Assembly (NCBI RefSeq): GCF_000146505.1 | Contig: NC_017448.1 | Location: forward strand, 2,520,001-2,552,000 | From: Fibrobacter succinogenes subsp. succinogenes S85 | GTDB taxonomy: Bacteria > Fibrobacterota > Fibrobacteria > Fibrobacterales > Fibrobacteraceae | Reading direction: 5' to 3' | DNA: 32,000 bases | Part shown: positions 25,561 to 31,253 of the stretch, one piece after another | How the letters are laid out: the number at the start of each line of letters is the position of its first letter | Numbering within the stretch: position 1 is the stretch's first letter | Made by a program: the position numbers and the translations under genes | Notes under the pieces: model-generated | What the model saw: the letters and a program-made list of their open reading frames with translations, nothing else | The model's database searches: none | Told to the model about the DNA's origin: nothing

Positions 25561-25583
25561 CAGTATGCGCATGACGCATAGTG
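25561..25583 (-). promoter_or_regulatory. LysR-type box 5, upstream of the ABM gene
   Basis: The plus strand reads CAGTATGCGCATGACGCATAGTG (near-perfect palindrome), 41 nt from TATATTA in gene orientation. It abuts the stop of the upstream gene (25589). Confidence 0.7.
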
Positions 25584-25588
25584 AAAAT

Positions 25589-26104
25589 CTATTCCACCGA
25601 AAATGTCGCCTTCACGTTCCCTTTGCCGAGAATCTGCTGGAGGCGTTTCTTATTTACGTTGTCGATACGGGCGAGGCGCGTGAAATTCCAGGAATTCTTG
25701 TCGTAGTAAATGGTGATGGAGTTGCCCTGGTAAAGGATGATGTCGCCTGCGTCGGTGTCGATTTGCTTGTCATTACGCGGAAAACTGCGCGGCAGGTCAG
25801 CCACCTTCTCGAAGCTGCCGTAGTCGTGCATGTCGAGCGTCATGTCGCCCTGCATAAGGAATTCGGCGAAGGCCTTGGCCGAGGAATTTTCTTCGAGCGT
25901 CGCTGTGAAGGTGGTATCGTTCACATGGATTTTTAGTTTCACGGGAGCCTCCGTTTGGGCAGATGAACTTGCTGGCACTGCGCCGGGCGTTTTACTGGCG
26001 GACGATTTCGGCGTCTGAGCTTCGGGTTGCGTCGAATGACTCGCCGCATCGCTGCAGGCCACGAGAAAGAACAACGCTATAAGTACAATGTTTCGCATAC
26101 ACAC
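25589..26104 (-). CDS. Cyclophilin-like-fold lipoprotein
   Basis: Lipobox ALFFLVAC plus an S/T/P/A-rich linker. This is followed by IHVNDTTFTATLEENSSAKAFAEFL...DAGDIILYQGNSITIYYDKN...ARID, typical of the cyclophilin-like family often found next to flavodoxins. Confidence 0.65.
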   Translation of the reverse strand: MCMRNIVLIALFFLVACSDAASHSTQPEAQTPKSSASKTPGAVPASSSAQTEAPVKLKIHVNDTTFTATLEENSSAKAFAEFLMQGDMTLDMHDYGSFEKVADLPRSFPRNDKQIDTDAGDIILYQGNSITIYYDKNSWNFTRLARIDNVNKKRLQQILGKGNVKATFSVE

Positions 26105-26152
26105 AATATAAATAATTGTGCGAGCGATTCAAAATACTTATTTGCTATGACT

Positions 26153-26175
26153 CACTATGCCTTTTGCGCATGAAT
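26153..26175 (-). promoter_or_regulatory. LysR-type box 6, upstream of the cyclophilin-like gene
   Basis: The plus strand reads CACTATGCCTTTTGCGCATGAAT, 42 nt from TATATTG in gene orientation. That -10 lies within about 5 nt of the ATG. Confidence 0.65.
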
Positions 26176-26178
26176 TCA

Positions 26179-26207
26179 CGGAAATAAACACCGAAGTAAA
26201 ACACCTT
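26179..26207. repeat. Partial third copy of the R1/R2 repeat (right-end portion)
   Basis: CGGAAATAAACACCGAAGTAAAACACCTT versus CGGAAATAAACATTGAAGTAAAACATCTT (26/29). It abuts the GNAT gene stop codon. Confidence 0.55.
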
Positions 26208-26818
26208 TATTTAATATCAATCAAATCAAAATACATTAAACGTGTATGCAAAGGTTTTTCTCCCAGCATTTTCACGTTTATTCCAAGAGCCCTTGCTTCG
26301 TTAATTTCGGAACTATAAAGGAATTTGAAATTGTTTTTCTGATAGTAATGAATGACTTCCGGTTTATTGATTGCATCAACGATGATAAACCGGCAACCGG
26401 TCTTGTTTTCGTCGCTACGGAACCAAGCTTTGATGAAGTCCATTACTGCAGAGCCAAAACCTTGTTTGGCAAATTCAATATTCGTCCCCAGGCGACCGAC
26501 CAAAACTCCGGGATAGCGGCGAAGATTCTTCTCGCCATTCTCAGTGACATATTCAATCTTCGCCTTGTCTTCAGGAGCAAGTTGTTTGATTCGAATTGAA
26601 TCGTTTGATATTGTAAATGCAGCAACGATGCTTTCGGGACGCTCTCTTAGCCGAAAGACATAAGTCTTTCCCAAAAGTTTCTCGCCGTACAAGCGGAAAT
26701 CCTCCCTGAAAAATTCGTCAAGGTCTTCATTTCCGCATTTGAAGGGGTTGCAACTTTGCAGCAATTCTGAAGAAAGCCGAGCAAACGAGCATCGGTTCAA
26801 AAAATCGGCAAGGGTCAT
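26207..26818 (-). CDS. GNAT-family N-acetyltransferase, toxin-like (TacT/KacT-style architecture)
   Basis: FKCGNEDLDEFFRED near the N-terminus resembles the F-x-CG-x-x-LD-x-(F/W)L motif of GNAT toxins. Acetyl-CoA region GVLVGRLGTNIEFAKQGFGSAVMDF. A small ORF lies 2 nt upstream. Confidence 0.7.
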   Translation of the reverse strand: MTLADFLNRCSFARLSSELLQSCNPFKCGNEDLDEFFREDFRLYGEKLLGKTYVFRLRERPESIVAAFTISNDSIRIKQLAPEDKAKIEYVTENGEKNLRRYPGVLVGRLGTNIEFAKQGFGSAVMDFIKAWFRSDENKTGCRFIIVDAINKPEVIHYYQKNNFKFLYSSEINEARALGINVKMLGEKPLHTRLMYFDLIDIK

Positions 26819-26820
26819 GT

Positions 26821-26976
26821 CTAGAAACCTTGTTCGCGGAGGAATTTCCTAACGAGCAGGATTTTATCACCAAAATCCTGTTTACGCTCGTTCTTTTCGG
26901 CGTATTCGGCTTCCTTGAGAAAACGTTCAGCGTCTTCCCCTTGAAGCGTTGGTATGGATCTTATTGCCACTGCCAT
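26821..26976 (-). CDS. Small (51 aa) putative antitoxin/partner protein
   Basis: MAVAIRSIPTLQGEDAERFLKEAEYAEKNERKQDF..., with SD GAGGAG 7 nt upstream of the ATG at 26976. Its stop lies 2 nt before the GNAT start. The longer 86-aa track ORF would run into the upstream terminator. Confidence 0.5.
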   Translation of the reverse strand: MAVAIRSIPTLQGEDAERFLKEAEYAEKNERKQDFGDKILLVRKFLREQGF

Positions 26977-27064
26977 AGGTTTACTCCTCAGTTTAAAAAT
27001 AGGTTTTAAAAGTCTAAATGTCAATATGGCGTTTTTGCGCATATCCTTAAAATAGCATTTGAAA

Positions 27065-27112
27065 ATGGCAAAAAATGACAAAAAGCAACCAAGGTCACAT
27101 TTGTGACCTTGG
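27065..27112 (-). terminator. Rho-independent terminator of the hydrolase gene
   Basis: CCAAGGTCACA-tt-TGTGACCTTGG is a perfect 11-bp inverted repeat. On the minus strand it is followed by TTGCTTTTTGTCATTTTTTG. Confidence 0.75.
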
Positions 27113-27149
27113 ACAGCAGCGATAATCGCCGCAGTTTGATGGCTTTCGC

Positions 27150-28355
27150 TTACTTCAAGTTCGTCTTGAAGAATTCGTTCAGCTTTTCGAAGGGAATTTT
27201 TTCCAGGTTGTCGTAGAGGTCAACATGGGAGGCTCCAGGGATAACGAGGAGTTCCTTGTTGCCGACGGTCTTGCTCCAGTTCTTGGTGGCGTCGAGTTTT
27301 GCGGGGACGTTTGCCTTCTTGCCGGTCATCTTTTCGAATGCGCCTTCGCCGAAGTAGCGGCTATGGGCCTTTTCGCCGTGGATGATGAGCACCGGGTTAC
27401 GGATTTCGTCGGCGTATGCGAGGAGCTTGGTGTTCATGAGCGAGGTGCCTGCGGAGGCGGCCCAGCCCTTGTTGCTGTTGAGGGAACGCTTGTGATAGCC
27501 GCGCGGGGTCTTGTAGTAAGCGTAGTAATCCTTGACAAAGTAAGGAGCGTCGTCCGGGAGCGGGTCAATAACACCGCCGGCCAGGTCGTACGAGCCGTTC
27601 TTGAAATCCTTGGTGCGCTGGGCCATCAGAGCCTTGCGGGCCTCGTTACGGGCGTCAGCGTTGTTTGCGGAATCGAAGTAGCCGTTCGCGGTTACGCGGC
27701 TCATGTCGTACATGGTCGAGGCGACCGTCGCCTTTACGCGGGTATCGATGCCGGCAGCGTTAATCGCCATGCCGCCCCAGCCGCAAATGCCGATGATGCC
27801 GATGCGTTCCGGGTCAACGTTGTCGCGGTTCGAGAGAAAGTCCACGGACGCCATGAAGTCTTCGGTGTTGATGTCCGGGCTGTTCATGTAGCGCGGCTCG
27901 CCACCCGATTCGCCGGTGAAGCTCGGGTCGAAAGCGATGGTCAGGAATCCGCGTTCCGCCATCTGTTGGGCGTAAAGGCCGCTGGACTGTTCCTTGACGG
28001 CACCGAACGGGCCAGAGACCGCGATCGCGGGAAACTTGCCGTTCACCTTAAGGCTCGTGTCCTTGGGCACGAACATATCGGCGGCGAGTTCAATGCCAAA
28101 GTGGTTCTTGAAAGTGACCTTGGAATGTTCGACCTTGTCGCTCTTGGGGAAAACCTTATCCCATTCGGCGGTGAGCGTGAGCTTGTTCATATTTTCGTCC
28201 TTTGTCTGTTGTGCTGCGGAGGCTGTTTCTGTTGCGGACTGCGCGGCCGGCGTGGCGGCACCTTGCGCAGCATTGTTTTCTTTTTCGGGGCAGCATGCCA
28301 TCAGGGTGCATGCGGAAACCACGGCGAGCGCCGCTTTTAAGAATCTGGATTTCAT
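27150..28355 (-). CDS. Alpha/beta hydrolase lipoprotein, dienelactone-hydrolase-like with a Cys in the nucleophile elbow
   Basis: Lipobox AVVSAC/TLMAC plus an A/Q/T-rich linker. Nucleophile elbow GIIGICGWGG (G-x-C-x-G). HG oxyanion-type IHGEKA and a late GASHVDLYD. Confidence 0.85.
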   Translation of the reverse strand: MKSRFLKAALAVVSACTLMACCPEKENNAAQGAATPAAQSATETASAAQQTKDENMNKLTLTAEWDKVFPKSDKVEHSKVTFKNHFGIELAADMFVPKDTSLKVNGKFPAIAVSGPFGAVKEQSSGLYAQQMAERGFLTIAFDPSFTGESGGEPRYMNSPDINTEDFMASVDFLSNRDNVDPERIGIIGICGWGGMAINAAGIDTRVKATVASTMYDMSRVTANGYFDSANNADARNEARKALMAQRTKDFKNGSYDLAGGVIDPLPDDAPYFVKDYYAYYKTPRGYHKRSLNSNKGWAASAGTSLMNTKLLAYADEIRNPVLIIHGEKAHSRYFGEGAFEKMTGKKANVPAKLDATKNWSKTVGNKELLVIPGASHVDLYDNLEKIPFEKLNEFFKTNLK

Positions 28356-28392
28356 GATTTATCTCCTATTTAAAAATTCAACTCTTCTTGTC

Positions 28393-28412
28393 ATGTCCGC
28401 GCAGGCGGACAT
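28393..28412 (-). promoter_or_regulatory. 8-bp/4-nt-loop hairpin in the hydrolase 5' leader
   Basis: ATGTCCGC-gcag-GCGGACAT lies between the -10-like element (about 28426-28441) and the ATG at 28355. Confidence 0.3.
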
Positions 28413-28476
28413 CTCCCTTTACATTTTTAATATTATTTATTCCCTGTACAATAGCAATTGCTTATTTACTATGGTT

Positions 28477-28499
28477 TGTTATGCTTTTTAGGCATGGAT
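28477..28499 (-). promoter_or_regulatory. LysR-type box 7, upstream of the hydrolase gene
   Basis: The plus strand reads TGTTATGCTTTTTAGGCATGGAT, 41 nt from TAATATT in gene orientation. Confidence 0.6.
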
Positions 28500-28514
28500 A
28501 TTTAATAAACGAAT

Positions 28515-29125
28515 TCAATCAGGTTGCTGGCCGTCGTGAGCTTTCCACAGGCATTCCGTCAATGCAAAGTCTGAAAATTTTGCCAAGAACGAGGAATCTT
28601 CAGGGCTACAAGCGTAAATACCAAAGCGGATTTTACCAGCACCTTCCCACATATGGCAAATGCGCATTTGCGTGAAGTTTTTTCCATCTTGCGAACATTC
28701 TATGCAATAGTCACTTTCTCGACGGCTAAAGCGGAACCACATCGTTTTAATTTCGGCACTGATAGCAGTCGTAGCCCAGTCGGAATAACCGTGGTTGGTT
28801 ACAACCGAACCAAGATGCTGGAATTTTTCATTTTCGTATTCAACAGATGCTTTCAGCCAATTTTCAGAATCAAGATACATAGCGATTCCGCACTGATCGA
28901 AGCGATGATGGCTTCCAGAAAAATCTGTTTTCATGACAAACGAGAAAAATTTTTCCTCCGTTTCAATCGAAGAACCGGCGCATTGTCGTTGCGAAAACGG
29001 TAATAAGTTCTTTGCCAAAGATCCGTATGCGGATCGGTCACGATGCAAATTTCATCCTCGCCAACTTTGTAAGTTGCAGGTTCGCGAGTCCATTTCAGGT
29101 CGGCAGAGTCAAAAACTTGCTTCAT
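28515..29125 (-). pseudogene. DUF1349-family (concanavalin-like) gene interrupted by a 1-nt frameshift
   Basis: The N-terminal 50 aa (MKQVFDSADLKWTREP...TDLWQRTYYRFRNDNAPVL) are in one frame. The rest (IETEEKFFSFVMKTDF...FDQCGIAMYLDSENWLKASVEYE...) is in the -1 frame. The switch lies at about 28965-28972. Confidence 0.7.
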
Positions 29126-29160
29126 GAGGAATACCTTTTTTCATAGTTGATCACCCTTTA

Positions 29161-29700
29161 TTAAGCTTTCTTTCCCATGGCGAACGCTTTTTTCAGGAGC
29201 GCGGAATTCTTCTTGACATCGCCTGCGCTTTCGGCACCTGTGGCGCAGAGAGCGCCCTTGAGCTTCACGCCGTCAAAGCAGGCAATCCACCCGCCAATGC
29301 CGCGCTTTGCGATGTTCATGGCCTTCGCATCGGTGTCGGCGGCAGAAGTGAGCAGGTAAATTTCGCGGAACTTGTAATCGCTGGAATAGAGGGAATTCGC
29401 GCGGTCGAGCATCGTCTTGAGCTGGCCGCTCATCTCGTAATAGTAAATCGGCGTTGCAAACACGATGACATCGGCCGATTCCATCTTCTTGGTGATGGCG
29501 GGAGCGTCGTCCTTGATGACGCATTTGCCCTTCTTCTGGCAAGCAAGGCAGCCCATGCAAAAACCGATCTTCTTGCCGCGCAGCGACTCGAATTCCACCT
29601 TGTTGCCCGCCTCGGCGGCACCCTTCGCGAACTCCTGCGCCAGGGTTTCGGAGTTGCTACCCTTACGCAAGCTGCTGGACAAGACCAATACTTTTTTCAT
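29161..29700 (-). CDS. Iron-sulfur flavoprotein-like NAD(P)H-dependent FMN reductase (flavodoxin fold), cytoplasmic
   Basis: MKKVLVLSSSLRKGSNSE (FMN_red type). The compact Cys motif CMGCLACQKKGKC (CX2CX2CX5C) matches Isf-type 4Fe-4S flavoproteins. There is no signal peptide. Confidence 0.8.
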   Translation of the reverse strand: MKKVLVLSSSLRKGSNSETLAQEFAKGAAEAGNKVEFESLRGKKIGFCMGCLACQKKGKCVIKDDAPAITKKMESADVIVFATPIYYYEMSGQLKTMLDRANSLYSSDYKFREIYLLTSAADTDAKAMNIAKRGIGGWIACFDGVKLKGALCATGAESAGDVKKNSALLKKAFAMGKKA

Positions 29701-29781
29701 AGGTTCCTCTCGGTTGAAGTCTTTACATGTTCAAATATACCTTCATTTTTCAGATATTGCAAATACTTTGTTTTCATAACT

Positions 29782-29804
29782 AGATATGCTTATAAGGCAT
29801 AGAT
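29782..29804 (-). promoter_or_regulatory. LysR-type box 8, upstream of the Isf-like gene
   Basis: The plus strand reads AGATATGCTTATAAGGCATAGAT, 42 nt from TATATTT in gene orientation. Confidence 0.65.
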
Positions 29805-29840
29805 TTAAACGGCATAAAAGGACGGGGCATTTTTTAGCAT

Positions 29841-30845
29841 CTACTTTTCTTCGATCAATTCTATCAACTGTTCCTTGTCGGGTAACACAGTTTGATACTT
29901 GCTGGCAAAGATCTGCGAATTGCCTTCAGGCAAAGTAATTTCTACAAGGGAGTCCGACTTTTTCTTGCAAAGAACGATGCCGATAGTGTTATTTTCGTGC
30001 GGAAGCTTTACAAAGCGGTCATAGTAGTGCACATACATCTGCATTTGGCCCAAATCCTGATGCGTGAGTTCGCCAATCTTCAGATCCACCAACACAAAGC
30101 ACTGCAGCAGCCTGTTATAAAGAACCAGGTCCACAAAAAAATGCTTTTCGTCCAGCGTAATCCGCGACTGCCGCCCCACGAAAGTATACCCCTTACCCAG
30201 TTCAAGCAAAAAAGACTCCAACTTGTCGATGAGCTTGCTTTCCAGTTCGGTTTCCGAATATTCGGACTGTTCCGGCAGTCCCAAGAATTCCAAAATGTAG
30301 GGATCCTTGACAATGTCCGCCGGGGACTCCACGATACACCCTTTTTTAGACAGTTCTCTCACCGATTCCTTATCCTTGCTTACAGCGAGCCGTTCATAAA
30401 GCGCGGAATCGAACTGCCTTTTGAGTTCCCGCAGGCTCCAATTCGAGTTTTTCGCCTCAATTTCATAGAATTTCCGTTCGTCGGGATTATCAATACGCAT
30501 CAGGAACAAGTAATGGGACCAGCTCAAGACGAATTGGTCAGACACTGTCTGACCAATTTGATAAGTCAGATAGAAATCCCGCATCTGCTTCAAGTTCGTC
30601 GTAGAAAATCCCTTACCATAATTTGCAGTAAGTCTGGCAGAAAGATTTTTGAGGACTTCCTTTCCATATTCTGCGCGGATGTTACCCTTCTGCTCGTTTT
30701 CGACAATCGAACGGCCAATTTCGTAATACGTGCGCACCATCGCCGTATTAACGGCAACAGCAACAGACTTACGGTTCTGTTCGAGAATCGACGCAATTTG
30801 AGAATAAAGAGCGTCTTCCCTATGATTAGCCACTTTTTTAGTCAT
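29841..30845 (-). CDS. DUF1016/YhcG-family PDDEXK nuclease-domain protein
   Basis: The N-terminal YSQIASILEQNRKSVAVAVNTAMVRTYYEIGRSIVENEQKG...YGKEVLKNLSARL is typical of YhcG. The C-terminal DLVLYNRLLQCFVLVDLKIGELTHQDLGQMQMYV is the PD-(D/E)xK core. SD GGAGG precedes the ATG at 30845. Confidence 0.85.
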   Translation of the reverse strand: MTKKVANHREDALYSQIASILEQNRKSVAVAVNTAMVRTYYEIGRSIVENEQKGNIRAEYGKEVLKNLSARLTANYGKGFSTTNLKQMRDFYLTYQIGQTVSDQFVLSWSHYLFLMRIDNPDERKFYEIEAKNSNWSLRELKRQFDSALYERLAVSKDKESVRELSKKGCIVESPADIVKDPYILEFLGLPEQSEYSETELESKLIDKLESFLLELGKGYTFVGRQSRITLDEKHFFVDLVLYNRLLQCFVLVDLKIGELTHQDLGQMQMYVHYYDRFVKLPHENNTIGIVLCKKKSDSLVEITLPEGNSQIFASKYQTVLPDKEQLIELIEEK

Positions 30846-31089
30846 ATAGCCTCCGTTTGGTTGCAATTTGCGACGCCGCTTTCGCGGCTGGTTAGTGTTA
30901 GAGGCGTCTCTTGTTTTCCGAAAATCCAGAATAAAAAAAGACGCATTTTCCCATTAGACGGAAAAACACGTCGGGCATTAATGTACCTAAATCCATCAAA
31001 ACTGGCAAGGGAAGCAAGAAAATTTTACATAACCACTGGGGTTATTCGTATTTCAATACTATTAACATCAAAGACCTTGTGGAAACTCT

Positions 31090-31112
31090 TGATTTGAACC
31101 TGTCGGAATTTC
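31090..31112. other. Perfect 11-bp inverted repeat ACCTGTCGGAA-t-TTCCGACAGGT
   Basis: Read directly from the intergenic region between hsdR and the DUF1016 gene. There is no strong T tract on either side. Confidence 0.4.
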
Positions 31113-31253
31113 CGACAGGTTTGCCCGAATTTGTAATTTGCAAAAAATGCAAAATGGTATACTGAAGAGAAATAAAATCAAACAAGTTTGATTCTGCGCC
31201 GTTCGCCTTGCTTTTCCGCCTACATGCATAAAAAAGCGGGGCATTGACAAAAA

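Noticed and set aside
27025-27043. TATGGCG-ttttt-GCGCATA near-palindrome upstream of the toxin-antitoxin-like pair, as a possible ninth LysR box
   Set aside because: It does not have the ATGC-N7-GCAT core (it reads ATGG...GCGC at the equivalent positions). It also overlaps the -35 region rather than sitting 41 nt from a -10. It is more likely an antitoxin operator or a chance match.
26977-27081. Long (86-aa) version of the antitoxin-like ORF
   Set aside because: The extension would start inside the T-tract of the hydrolase terminator and lacks an SD. The internal ATG at 26976 has GAGGAG.
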